A stretch of 63,303 bases of DNA, filler included, from Squatina squatina (lineage: Eukaryota), in assembly GCA_031763465.1 (NCBI GenBank). It is 3 parts of 3 records of this genome, joined end to end, with 100 filler letters (N's around TTAATTAATTAA, not from the genome) between each part and the next. Parts side by side here need not be neighbours in the genome. Positions count along the whole stretch, not along the records: positions 1 to 25,526 come from JARFOE010000176.1; positions 25,627 to 45,079 come from JARFOE010000080.1; 1 more part is not named here. The stretch is one strand, 5' to 3'. Position 1 is the stretch's first letter. Each line of letters begins with the position of its first letter. The position numbers and the translations under genes are program-made. Of this stretch, positions 21,655 to 34,023 are shown one piece after another. The notes under the pieces are model-generated. The model was not told the origin of the DNA. It searched no databases and saw only the letters and a program-made list of their open reading frames with translations.

Positions 21655-23733
21655 TACCCAACACTCCCACCAACATTTCTAACAGTACAGCCTCTAACAC
21701 TTCCAGCATTGCAGCCTCCAACATTCCCAGCATTGCAACCACCAACATTCCTAACAGTACAGCCTCTAACAGTTCCAGCATTGCAGCCTCCAACATTCCC
21801 AGCATTGCAACCACCAACATTTCCAGCATTGCAGCCGCCAACATTCCCAGCATTGCAACCACCAACATTTCCAGCATTGCAGCCGCCAACATTCCCAGCA
21901 TTGCTGATTCCAACATTTGCAGCATTGCTGATTCCAACATTCCCAGCATTGCAGCCGCCAACATTTCCAGCATTGCAACCGCCAACATTCCCGGCAATGC
22001 AGCCTCCCACATTCACAGCATTGCAGCCTCCCACATTCACAGCATTGCAGCCACCTACATTTCTGGGATTGCAGCCTTCAACATTCCCAGCTTTGATGCA
22101 ACCAACATTCCCAGGATTGCTGCATCTAACATTCCCAGCATTTCTGCTGACAACATTCTGAACAATTTCTTCTTCAACATATAGCATTGTAGCCTCCAAC
22201 ATTCCCAGCATTGAAGCAACCGACATTCCTAGCATTGTAACTTCAAACATTCCCAGCATTTCAGCCATCAACTTTCCCAGCATTGCAGCCACCAACATTC
22301 CCAGCATTACAGCTGACAACATTCTGAGCAATGTCTTCTCTAACATTACAGCATTGCAGCTTTCGACATTCACAGCATTGCAGCCACCAACATTCCCAGC
22401 ATTGCAGCCTTCAACCTTCCCAGCATTGCAGCCTTCAACATTCCGGACAATGTCTTCTCCAACATTATAGCATTGCAGTTTCAACATTCCCAGCATTGCA
22501 GCCTCCGCCATTCCCAAGATTTCAGCATCCGGAATTTCCAGCAATGAAGCTTACACCATTCCCAGTTTTGCAACCACCAACATTCCTAGCAATGCAGCCT
22601 CCAACTTTCTCAGAAGTGCTGCATCCAACATTCCCAGCATTGCAGCCTTCAACCTTCCCAGCATGGCAGCCTCCAACATTTCTGCCAATGTAGCCTCCAA
22701 CATTCCCAGCATTGAAGCAACCGACATTCCAAGCATTGTAACTTCAAACATTCCCAGCATTTCTGCCATCAACTTTCCCAGCAATGCAACCACCAACATA
22801 CCCAGCATTTCAGCAGACAACATTCTGAGCAATGTATTCTCCAACATTTCCAGGATTACAGCCTCCGACATTCCCAGCATTTCAGCCTCCAACACTCTGA
22901 GCAATGTCTTCTCCAACATAACAGCGTTGCAGCTTTCGACATTCCCAGCATTGCAGCCACCAACATTCCCAGCATTGCAGCCTCCAACATTCCCAGCACT
23001 GCTGTTTCCAACATTCCTAGCATTGCAGCTTTCAACATTCCCAGCACTTCAGCCGACAACCTTCCCAGTATTGCAGCCTTCAACATTCCCAGCATTTCAG
23101 CCAACATTCCCAGCATTGCAGCCGACAACATTCACAGCATTTCAGCCAACAGTCTGAACAATGTCTTCTCCAACATTCCAGCATTGCAGCTTTCAACATC
23201 CCAGCATTTCAGCCTCCAACATTCCCAGTATTGCAGCCTCCAACATTACCAGCATTTCAGCCATCAACATTCCCAGCATTGCAGCCTCCACCATTCGCAG
23301 GAATTCAGCCTCCGAAATTTCCAGCAATGAAGCTTACACCATTCCCAGTTTTGCAGCCACCAACATTCCCAGCAATGCAGCCTTAAATCTTCCCAGCATG
23401 GCAGCCTCCAACATTTCTGGCAATGTAGCCAACACCATTCCCAGCTTTGCAGCCTCCAACATTCCCAGCATTTCAACCATCAACATTCCCAGCATTGCAG
23501 CCGACAACATTCACAGCTTTTCAGCCGACAACATTCTGAACAATGTCTTCAACATTCCAGCATTGCAGCCTTCAACCTTCCCAGCATGGCAGCCTCCAAC
23601 ATTTCCACCAATGTAGCCTCCAACATTCCCAGCATTGCAGCCTGCAACATTCCAAGCATTGCAGTCTCCAACTTTCCAAGCATTGCAACCTCCAACATTC
23701 CAAGCATTGCAGCCTGCAAAATTCCCAACATAA
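21655..23733. repeat. Degenerate 24-bp minisatellite array (~2.1 kb) with higher-order blocks
   Basis: Consensus AACATTCCCAGCATTGCAGCCTCC; produces octapeptide-periodic ORFs in several frames on both strands. Confidence 0.95.
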
Positions 23734-23834
23734 CNNNNNNNNNNNNNNNNNNNNNNNNNNNNNNNNNNNNNNNNNNNNNNNNNNNNNNNNNNNNNNNNNN
23801 NNNNNNNNNNNNNNNNNNNNNNNNNNNNNNNNNN

Positions 23835-24455
23835 TGATAATGTGTACCAAGTCAATGGTATCAGACTTTGAAAACTGACTGCTTGCACATTGATCATTTA
23901 AGTTGTTTTCAGGTGCAGTCATCTTAAAATCCACTTGATCAACGTGGATTTCACTTTGGCAAGACTCATCCTCCTGCTGCTTGGAGTCTTCTTTTGACAG
24001 CTCTGGCCTTTCCTCCTCTCCACTGCATGGTTTGCAGTCTTGATTTAATTTATGATCTAATTTATCTAAGAACAGGTCGCCTTCATCTTCTGTTGTATCG
24101 ATGGCTTCCTCATAATGCTCAGGTAGAAGGGAAATCTTATGGGGAGGAGCAAAGATGCCATATTTGTCTTTGCATCTGAAGTACACAACTCCATCATACA
24201 TCCCATTATTACTGCCTTCTGGCTTATCCAGCTCCACGCCAGCCCAAAAACCATGTGCGAAGTTAGTTCTTCCCTTGAAGCGCAATGTCCCTGGTTGGAT
24301 ACTACTAACTAAAACTCTGGCACCAATTTGGAATTCAGGCAGCTCATCGGTTTCGGGCAATGTAGGCGTTGGGGTGTGACACGGAGAGGGAGAGTGTGAA
24401 GGTACAGGTGTCTGTTCTTCACTGTCTGCATCACTACGCTCCTCATTCCTGCTCT
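23835..24455 (-). CDS. CEP350: CEP350 exon fragment containing the CAP-Gly domain
   Basis: FQIGARVLVSSIQPGTLRFKGRTNFAHGFWAGVELDKPEGSNNGMYDGVVYFRCKDKYGIFAPPHKIS...IDTTEDE matches the CEP350 CAP-Gly (GxNNG variant); open through the whole contig. Confidence 0.93.
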
Positions 24456-24555
24456 NNNNNNNNNNNNNNNNNNNNNNNNNNNNNNNNNNNNNNNNNNNNN
24501 NNNNNNNNNNNNNNNNNNNNNNNNNNNNNNNNNNNNNNNNNNNNNNNNNNNNNNN

Positions 24556-24775
24556 GGAATTGTCCACAACAGAAGGCAGTTGAGGCCAACTCATAAAATA
24601 TATTCAGGAATGAGTTAGATATAGTTCTTAAGGCTAAAGGGATAAGGGATACGGGGAGAAAGCAGGGACAGGGGACTGAATTTGGAATTTAGGCAATCAT
24701 CTCACTGAATGGTGGAACAGGCTCAAAGGGTCAAGTGGCCTACTCCTGCTCTTATTTTCTACGTTTCTATGTTTC
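24556..24775 (+). mobile_element. CR1-type LINE 3' end
   Basis: ggaattgtccacaacagaaggcagttgaggcc...tgaatggtggaacaggctcaaagggtcaagtggcctactcctgctc tail. Confidence 0.8.
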
Positions 24776-24950
24776 CACAAGGACTGTACAGTGGTCACCC
24801 CTAACAATACTCTCCAGAAATAATGCATCTGCAACAGGTAGATTGGCACGGAGGAGGGCAAGCGGAATTCTCCCTCGTGTTGGTTCTCCTACCCATTGCC
24901 GCAAGTTTATTTACCACCAGGCCATCAACTGAAGTTCAAATTTCTCTCAC

Positions 24951-25159
24951 CTGTTTGCTGAGTGTTGCCACAGATTCGAAGTCCTGGGAATAACCATCAT
25001 CTGTGAAAACACTATGGTCAGGGCTGGTGGACATCCTAAGGATTAATGATGCTGACTCCACGGTCTGTGCAGGTGAGCTTCCAACCTCCTCTGGAATAGA
25101 ACTGTCACTGTGGAGGTGGGAACGAGATGGTGCAGAGCATTCTTCCTCACTGGCTATGT
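24951..25159 (-). CDS. CEP350: Probable CEP350 internal exon upstream of the CAP-Gly exon
   Basis: Acceptor ttcctctgcttcctag| and donor CAG|GTGAGA; Ser/Glu-rich frame DIASEEECS...SDSSIPEEVGSSP...DDGYSQDFES...LSKQ; same strand as, and upstream of, the CAP-Gly exon. Confidence 0.7.
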
Positions 25160-25526
25160 CTAGGAAGCAGAGGAACATTAGTTAGAAAACCGATGCTCAT
25201 GTCAGTAGTGGGTTACCATCAGTGACTGTTTTTAAAGTTAGAAGCGCAAATCAGTACAACTGTATTTAACTCCATTCTCCTTTAAAAGTACTCTGCATTT
25301 CAGAAGCACATCAGGGTGACACAAGGGTAACAACATTAGGAGCTGTTGACCAGGGCGAGGTGAATATACACAGGTCAAATGCTTACTAAAGCACCTTGCA
25401 TTAACACCCATGTTAATTCACCTTCCATCAGGTAAATCCTGTAACAGTCACAGCACCCTATCTGTACAACACTAGTGTGCAGTACTGGTGTTACAGGTGC
25501 TGCTCATAGTGGGGCAATGAGAAGAT

Positions 25527-25626
25527 NNNNNNNNNNNNNNNNNNNNNNNNNNNNNNNNNNNNNNNNNNNNTTAATTAATTAANNNNNNNNNNNNNNNNNN
25601 NNNNNNNNNNNNNNNNNNNNNNNNNN
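25527..25626. other. Artificial scaffold linker N44-TTAATTAATTAA-N44
   Basis: A palindromic 12-mer with stops in all six frames, centred in an exactly 100-nt spacer; identical at 45080-45179. Confidence 0.95.
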
Positions 25627-26784
25627 CAGCTTATGGCTGTGGTTTCTGTGAATGAAATGGGAGCACATATTACTCGTGCATCAAAGCACCTTCCACGTTC
25701 CCTAAACAATACACACGCAAAACTCAGTCTGTACACATGACTGACAGAACAATAATGAGAAGGTATTCTGAGACATTCAAAGCAGTCCTCAGCATCACCT
25801 TTGCCAGCAGTGTTAATGAGATGTCAATTAGCATTATATCTGTAGCCAAGATAGATACAGCTAATTAAAAAGTGAAAATTTTGGGTGGCCCAGTGATGTA
25901 CCAACACAGAATGCTGCAGAGATTGAGAATGTGTTTTAGTGTTGGAAATGATCACGTGATGAGTTCCCATTATAACGTGGGCCTTCGGGAATTGGAAGGA
26001 ATGTAGAGGGCAAATAAATTGGGGCTGCTCTTACAGTATCAAGTTACAGACTAAAACAATTTCAGGAACCTGGGAACAGGTTAGCTGCCCACCTCTTGTC
26101 CCGCCTCTGTAAAACCAGGAAGTGGGCGGGTTGGAAGAGGGTTGGAGTTGAGGTGCATCATTTTAAAGTTTTCACTCCCACCTGCCCCACACGCTCCCAA
26201 CCCATCCATTTTTGTGTGCTAAGATTTCCCCCAATGTTACTGATCACAGAGGCCTGTCGAATGGCATGGACCATCAAGAGAGTCAATCATTAACTAGAAT
26301 CACAAATGATCTGTAAAGGATTCCTGAAGTGATATCGTAATACAGCAGAAAAAATAAAAGTATGAAGGAAAGCCAAAGACCAGCAAGAAAATATGCCATA
26401 CAACCCAAGAAGCTGATGCTCAACTGGTCAATCTAAGTGCCAAAGCCATGGCTGACTCCTCATCAGAGTCTGGCAAAGGCTACAGTACTGTTGTCTGTCC
26501 TTTATAATCATACATAAATAATATCCTAGCAATATTTATAAAATCCTCTCTAATATGCATACCAGCAATGTTTAGTAAAGCCTTGAAAATCCTCAGCTAA
26601 TAATATTCTGTGACTTTCATTGCTTGTTGTGCTCAGTCTTCAAGCACGAACTCTGCGGATGCATTCTTCAGTCTCACGACTGTGTTTAAAGAAAATTTCA
26701 CATGCTCTTTGTGCTAAATCTCTTCCATTTAATCTTATATTTGTATCCCCTCATTTTAAACCCCTCAATCACTGAAAACAGTGT

Positions 26785-26957
26785 GGGGCTATTTTGACTT
26801 TGGGGTAATAGTGTAAAAGAGTTGCTATTGATTCAGCCATCCATTATACAGCTCTCCCGATTTTTAGTTTTGTTGAAGTCAGTGGAAGAGATGTATAATG
26901 GGTGGCTGAATTGATATCACCTATTTTGCACTATCACCCAAAATCAAACGTATCCCC
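26785..26957. mobile_element. Palindromic MITE inserted in a CR1-like fragment
   Basis: Arms ggggctattttgactttggggtaatagtgtaaaa...attcagccatccattataca and tgtataatgggtggctgaat...ttttgcactatcacccaaaatcaaacgtatcccc are imperfect inverted repeats of ~70 bp. Confidence 0.75.
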
Positions 26958-27171
26958 AATGTGTTTCTATCAACTCTATCCCATTGCTTCATAATTTTAA
27001 ATATCTCTATCAAATTATCACATAATCCCCTCTGTCACAATGAAAACAGACCCAATTTTTCAAGTCTTTCTNNNNNNNNNNNNNNNNNNNNNNNNNNNNN
27101 NNNNNNNNNNNNNNNNNNNNNNNNNNNNNNNNNNNNNNNNNNNNNNNNNNNNNNNNNNNNNNNNNNNNNNN

Positions 27172-27470
27172 AATTCTGCCCTCTTGAGCATCCCTGATTG
27201 TAATCACTCAACCATCAGTGGCCGTGCCTTGTGTTGCCTTAGTCCTAGGAAGCTCTGGAATTCCCTACCTAAACTTCTTCGCCTCTCTATCTCTCTTTCC
27301 TCCTTTAAGACGCCCCTTTAATCCTACATCTTTGACCAAGCTTTTGGTCACCTGCCCTAATTTCCTCTTGTGTGACTCGGTGTCAATTTTTTTGTCTTAT
27401 AATACTCCTGTGAAGTACCTTGGAATGTTTTACTGCATTAAAGGTGCTGTATAAATACAAGTTGTTTTTG
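27172..27470 (+). mobile_element. L2-type LINE 3' end
   Basis: STISGRALCCLSPRKLWNSLPKLLRLSISLSSFKTPL followed by the tail ...aaaggtgctgtataaatacaagttgtt. Confidence 0.8.
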
Positions 27471-28789
27471 TTGTACAGAGAGAGAGAGCTACTGAGACAG
27501 TGATGTAAGCATGGCAACAAAGGTGATATTCAAAATGTTGTTGTAAATCCCTTAATGCAAGTAATCTTTCAAATAAAAAGCATCCAGACAGGAACTTTCT
27601 GTCATTGTTTTAACATGATTGTGTCTCATAGGTAAATCGGTATTAAATAGCCTTGTAAGGGACATATCATTCTGTCACCAAAAAGGTACAAGTAGGGAAT
27701 ATCACTTGATACTCTTTGTTCTAGTTATTGCTGTAGTATTTACGAGACAGTGGATTGGTTACACTGAGGCTCATGTCCTCACAGTCAATGAGAAGAAAAG
27801 CAATCATCCCATGGTTGTACCACGTAGAATAAAGCACACAGGAATTTGTACTTTGTTAATTAAAACAGTCAGAGATTTGAACTGTTGCCCATTCTGATGC
27901 AGCTGGAGGGTNNNNNNNNNNNNNNNNNNNNNNNNNNNNNNNNNNNNNNNNNNNNNNNNNNNNNNNNNNNNNNNNNNNNNNNNNNNNNNNNNNNNNNNNN
28001 NNNNNNNNNNNTAAATTACCACATATTCTGACGTGATAACATGCAAAGATAAATGGTTTGAAAAGTGTCACTGACTGTGTTTGTTGACTGTGCTAATGGA
28101 ATATAATCACCTCTCTGCCCTGGTCCTTCTGTCATGATCTACAAGTCCTCCAATAACATGAAGGCCTGTACAAGCAGGACGGGAAAATCAGAGCTGAGCA
28201 GATTGGTGCTGTAAACATTCCAATCCCTTCAAAAAAACCACAAAAAACAACCAAAATCCTCATTGTAAAAGTGTAAAACTTTGTTAAAAGTAAATAATCC
28301 AGTTAACTTTGCCACTAATAAGAATTGTAACTAGTCTATAAATAACTTTTGGTGTTGATTCTAACCTGCACAACTGTACAAAATCCGAGGCTCTTTAAAT
28401 AAGCTGAATTTTATTGGAACAAATGTTTGCATGAAATTACTTGACTGATTTTTATGTTATAATTTGATTTCACTACACCATACAACATGTCACTAAACAC
28501 TTTCCCTTTATTTGCCCAACTCTTTCAGTTTTATCCAACCAGTGAAAACTTTATTCAGCTGAGATTCCCCTCAACTTTCCCAGTTCACTATTCCATTATG
28601 CAGATAAGAAAGGACTAAGTACAATAATTATACCGCTGTTTATAGAGATTAGAATTTGAAATTGCATTTACTGCTGAATACTATACCCTTTAATCATATC
28701 AAACCATCTTTATTACAGTAACATTTAATTTGTTTGCAAGCACATTTCATGCTTATTCTGTAAATTAATCAAAAATTAACTGTTTGAGG

Positions 28790-29240
28790 GATTGTGGTCT
28801 AATTCCATCACTATATTCAAACTTTAGTGGAAAAATTGGTCTCTGTACTGCGCATTTTTAAGGCGCTGTGCAGCTTCCTAACATGCAAAGATGGGGTCCG
28901 AGAGGCATGGGTTTCAGATGGGAATTGCGCAGGATGCCATCTTGGTAAAGGGGTTTGCATGTGTGCACCTAATAACCATTGGCAGCATGCAGAGCAGGCA
29001 GATTATGATGTCAATCAGTGTGCGATGCTGATTTGACGCTACGCTACCATTTTCAAACGCCACACTCCACCCTATCCCCTGTCTTAACCGCGCACAGCTG
29101 AACATGATGCTAAATGGTATGTAGGACCCCCCACCACCACCCGCGCTACTTAAAATATCATGAACTGCTTGCAGGTTGGTTGCTGGATTATTTCTTCTGG
29201 CTGCTGGTGCAACTGTATGCATTTTTGCAGCTTTTTTACT
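28790..29240 (+). mobile_element. Harbinger-related non-coding repeat
   Basis: The block gttgctggattatttcttctggctgctg is shared with the region upstream of the transposase (~8841-8868). Confidence 0.55.
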
Positions 29241-31245
29241 GTCTGCTTAAGAAAGAATGGACAGACTATTTATCAACAAGTGCTTTCTGTTGAGAGGCCT
29301 CATAAGCTCCAGATTTGGAATTGGGGGTACTGTGGAGAGTAGGCTTTTTACCCTGCCCTTTATCCATGCACCTNNNNNNNNNNNNNNNNNNNNNNNNNNN
29401 NNNNNNNNNNNNNNNNNNNNNNNNNNNNNNNNNNNNNNNNNNNNNNNNNNNNNNNNNNNNNNNNNNNNNNNNNTAAATGATGTTTCCTGTTCTTGCTAGT
29501 GTTTGCTTTGTCACTGTGTTTGTCTCACAGTGACTTCAATCACTTCATTCAAATAGCTTCTGTTATTTATCTCAAACAAGCTTGGCAAGATTTGAAAGAG
29601 AAGATTAAAAAAAAAGTTTCTATTATTTTGAAGTTTATTCTGCAATAAATTGGAAAATTGAACAGCGCCACTAAAGTAATCACAGACGATAAACCTTTGT
29701 GATTGGATTTCACACTGCAATTAAAAATTGGCAGTATTTTAGTGAACATCTGTTTTTAAGGATTAACTTGAACAGGAGGTATAACTGACAACATTCTGTC
29801 TCTTAACAAATTACACCTTCTGAGCAACACCTAGGTGTATCTGTAGGAAATGCATATCTCATTGTATCGTTAGAAAATTAAAAAACATAAACAAGTTTGC
29901 CGTTCCAAAAATAATGTGTTGTTTCTTTGTGTAATTGTAGTTGACTAACCCAGTGCAGCAAACAGAAATAGCAACCTGAATTGACAGGCCTCAAAGACAG
30001 CCTAGAAATAAGGTGAAATGATACAATTCATACAAGCCAATCATGTTAGTGTATTAACTGGGGATATGCGAAGGGCCCAAGGGTAGACTTTGATCAGCAT
30101 CTATTACAATTTTCCCTTGAAATNNNNNNNNNNAACCATTTACACTTTGAGGCCCCTCTGCAGGAATCTTGCTCCTAAATCAAAAATATCTATACTGTTA
30201 AAAATCCTACAGAGAATGCATCTCTCGTGAAGGGTTTTGAGCCCTGGAACCGAGTATCGGAATATCTGACATAAAGGATAGCACGCCCATTTTGCAGCCT
30301 GCCTGATTTTCACTCTGTTAAATCTCCCCGTAAAAGAGAGACAAAAATCAGGTGTGACACCTCACTGGGTCAAATAAGGAAAAATCCATTTGAATATCNN
30401 NNNNNNNNNNNNNNNNNNNNNNNNNNNNNNNNNNNNNNNNNNNNNNNNNNNNNNNNNNNNNNNNNNNNNNNNNNNNNNNNNNNNNNNNNNNNNNNNNNGG
30501 CAGCCAACCTGCTACCAGGGGGCGGTAACTTAATTTAAACATTGTAATGAGGCTGGCAGCCTCTTTTTTCACCTCCATTTTGAATTTAAATGCCTGTGGA
30601 CGGGTTTCACACAATTCATGAAACGCAGCGGCTATACGGAGTTGGGTACTGTTGCTTCCAGGAGGCAAGTTCCTTTACAACCACCTCCTGGATCCAGGGT
30701 TCCTACCTAACCCACCTCCTGCAATTGGAGACCCCCCACTAACCTCCCCACCCCACCCCCCAACCCCAGGAGTCCGATCGCTTCCCCTGGACCGACCCTT
30801 CGCATCTGAGGCCTACTGCCCGCAGCCAGCCAGCCTTTCAATCCCAAGTCGTCACATGCACATGTAAATCAGGCCCTGTGGGAAACCCGGCCTCCCAGGT
30901 TTCCTGCCCACCTCGGAGGCCCCGTGACCCCAATGTGCCTTCCTGGACAAAATTCCGGACAATATATTCACTGTTCATTTGGATACAACAAAGCATGTCC
31001 CAAAAAAGCCCTATCCAATATATAAAGTGTTAGTGCCACTTTTGGTTTAACAAAGAGTGTAGACTTTAGAAATCTCCTGGAGTAGGAGAGGAATTTCCAA
31101 GAGTTTTTTTCCTGAATTGGCTGCAGGTTTTTTCTCTGGTTTTTGCTTCTTCCAGGAGGTTATCTAGTTGCTGGATCGGGAGAGGCCATCCTGCCTCAGC
31201 CCATCTGCTGCTGGAACCTTCACCATTCTTTGGTAATCTCCAAAA

Positions 31246-31715
31246 TTGACTACTGCAAAGTTCTCCTGGCCCATCCTCCCATCTTCCACCATTCACAAAC
31301 TTGAGACCAGCCAAAAATCTGTTGGCTGTATCCTAACTTGCATCAAGTTCTGTCCAACCATAACTTCTGTGCTTGCTGACCTACATTGGTTCCTGGTTTT
31401 CAAACGCTTCCATTTAAAAAATGTTATTTTCATGTTCCAATCCCTCCATAGCCTTGCCTCTCCCTATCTCTGTAACCTCCTTCAGCCCTGGATTCTTAGA
31501 ACTCTGCATTCCTCAAACTCTGTCTTCTTGTCCATTACCCACTTCCTTCACCCCACCACTGATGACTATACCCTCAGCCATCTCGGCCTTGAACTCTGGA
31601 ATTCCCTCCCTATACCTCTTACAGCAGTGACTACTCTTCGGAAGTACTTAAATTGGCTATAGAACAATTTGGGATGTCTTAACAGGCGGCAAAAAATGTA
31701 GTTATTTCTTTCTTA
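31246..31715 (+). mobile_element. L2-type LINE RT C-terminal fragment plus SINE/L2 tail
   Basis: ITSVLADLHWFLV...SLASPYLCNLLQP...LRTLHSSNS...LWNSLP. Confidence 0.8.
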
Positions 31716-33009
31716 TTACAATGCAGGTTGAGAACAATGGTTTGAAAAAGGTTGTTGGTGGTGGGATAACACACGGGCTTTGTTAGGCACGTGTAGCTGT
31801 GCCTCACCTGTTCAGACAGGTCACTGACTGCCACTACTCTCAACCGACAGATTAATTGGTCATTAACCTCATTTGCTAATAGTGGGATTTTGCTGTGCAC
31901 TAACTGGATGCTGCAATTGCTTCCATAATAAATGTGATTACACTTCACAAGTAATTAATTGGACATGAAAGACTTTGGGATATCTTGAGGATATGATCAA
32001 GCGTCATATAATAGCAGTTCATTCTTGATTTTGTGGATAAAAAAGGGTTAATCTCCCAGTCAGGCGCTCCTTGTGAAGCGCGGTTCTCACAGAGAGCACA
32101 GATCAGGAAATTATGGGACCACAACCCATTTTCATCCATTTAAATTAATTTCAGGGGTTTACAATTTCCCATCCAGAGTTTCTTTTGAGCACTATCTTGC
32201 TTGGTGCACTCGATCAGGGAATCAGCCCTATGAGAACACACACAGGCAAATTGATTAAAGAAAAGCACAGGAAAAAAAATTGTAGACTCCATAAAAAGTC
32301 TGATAGTAATCTGTGATGATTATAAGCCAGAAGTGAGTCCCCTCCCATACTGAGCAGATGAAAACCATTAAATCTTATTTGATGTTAAATTCACAATAGA
32401 GATTAAGAATCAGATTGGTTATTAATATTTTTCCGTTGTATAATTAAATCTAATCCACATGGCATTCTAAGATGTAGCGTAATATGCTGATTATTAATAA
32501 CTATTAACTGCATTATTATTTTATTCAGTATGTCTGAGATTGTATTATATCTTTTCAGAGTGTAAGTAGGCACATGTTAATCTTGTGTAGTTAATAAAAA
32601 TACTGATATTTGTATAACACCTTCTCATTAAAACATCTCAACACTTCACACAATGAAGCACTTTTGACAGTCATTGGTAATTGTACTATTGAAATAGTGA
32701 GGAATTACAAGAATGAGCCAATGGTCTGGGTAAATGATTAACCACTGTTGTTTCCTATATGTCCCTCTCCCATCACCTTTTATACTTCAGAGGGAAAAGA
32801 TCATTTTATCTTTTTTAATTGTTTCCGTGGTGAAATATCTTTTCTATCATGACAATCCGTCTCAATGATAACACTGGTAACATCAAACGCACTACCTGTA
32901 AATTATTAACCAGTCATAATGGGTCATGCAGTTTCACTGACCCACTACTAATCTTAGGTTTGTGGCAACCATTAGCTCGCAGTGTTGATGTTCAAAAAAA
33001 TTAACTCAA

Positions 33010-34023
33010 TGGGGCGAAATTGCCCTAAACCCCGATTGGGGATGGAAACCTGTTGGGGCCGCGACTTTTAGCGCCCGGTGCAGAGGTCCCGACCCCACCG
33101 TGGAATTGCCATTACTGCCACTGAAAGGAAGCCGAGCGCAATCTCCTGTGCTCCACTTCCTTTGGGGGCGGTAACTGGAGTGCTGCAGGGGTGCNNNNNN
33201 NNNNNNNNNNNNNNNNNNNNNNNNNNNNNNNNNNNNNNNNNNNNNNNNNNNNNNNNNNNNNNNNNNNNNNNNNNNNNNNNNNNNNNNNNNNNNNTTGTGA
33301 TACCTGCTCGAAACAAGCACCTGGGTGCCGAAATTCCCTAGTGCCGTATTTAAAATGCATATGGGGGTTGGGAGCCGGTATTTCACTTGCTGGTGCTCGC
33401 CCCGTCCCGTCCCTCCGGGAGTTCAGTGTTCCAGGGTGCCTGGGGACCGCAGTGTGCTCCCGGACGCTCTTGGGGTGGCCGGGGTTGGACACCAGTGGAG
33501 TGACTTCAGCGCCATGCCAGCAGCCTCCAAAACACTGCATCAGCGCATTGTGCACTGATGTCAGCAGGACAGCCGGGCCTCCCTTAAAGGGGAGGGCCGC
33601 TGCCGACCTGGTCACCAGCCTGGCATGCCAGTCAGCATGCCAGCCTAGGCGATGGCGGCCTGATCTGGCTGAGGGACCATCATTTATCGGCCGACCATGA
33701 AGTTGGCCGATAAATAAAAATGGCGGCTGGAGGCACAGACGTCATCTCCTTTAATGGGCCCATTGCAGTGACAAGTTTTACTGTTGCTGCAATTGCCCGT
33801 GCTGCTGCTGCCTCCCACGGGTGAATTCCACGCATGGGATGCAAACAGAGCACCAAGGGCATTGCGCCTGCGCGGTGCGGGTCGGCGTGCATCTTGGTGA
33901 CGTCACGTGCCGACCTGCTGCGAAATTCAGCTGGGCAGGCGCAAAGGCCTTTGCACCCTAGCTGAGTTTCAGGGGAGGCGAGATGGCCACACGCAGGAGG
34001 CCTCCAATCGCAAATTCAGGGCC
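33010..34023. mobile_element. GC-rich non-autonomous element, probably Harbinger-derived (spans a gap)
   Basis: Imperfect terminal inverted repeats ggggcgaaattg / caaattcagggcc; internal hairpins tttatcggccgacc...ttggccgataaa and ggcgcaaaggcctttgcacc. Confidence 0.55.

Noticed and set aside
21617-23897. Many long ORFs (MLGMLEAA, NAGNVGGC, CWECWRLQ, TFPALQPP) resembling antifreeze, ice-nucleation or metal-binding repeat proteins
   Set aside because: All are alternative readings of one 24-bp satellite whose unit lacks stops in most frames; indels switch frames repeatedly.
1638-25159. RXR, AANAT-like, ASB12, Ig and RNase L as one functional cluster or novel system
   Set aside because: The genes are on separate contigs joined by arbitrary gaps; proximity reflects compressed synteny, not demonstrated co-regulation.
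25571-25582. TTAATTAATTAA as a biological palindrome or piggyBac target site
   Set aside because: Centred in exactly 100-nt N spacers twice; a synthetic six-frame stop linker.
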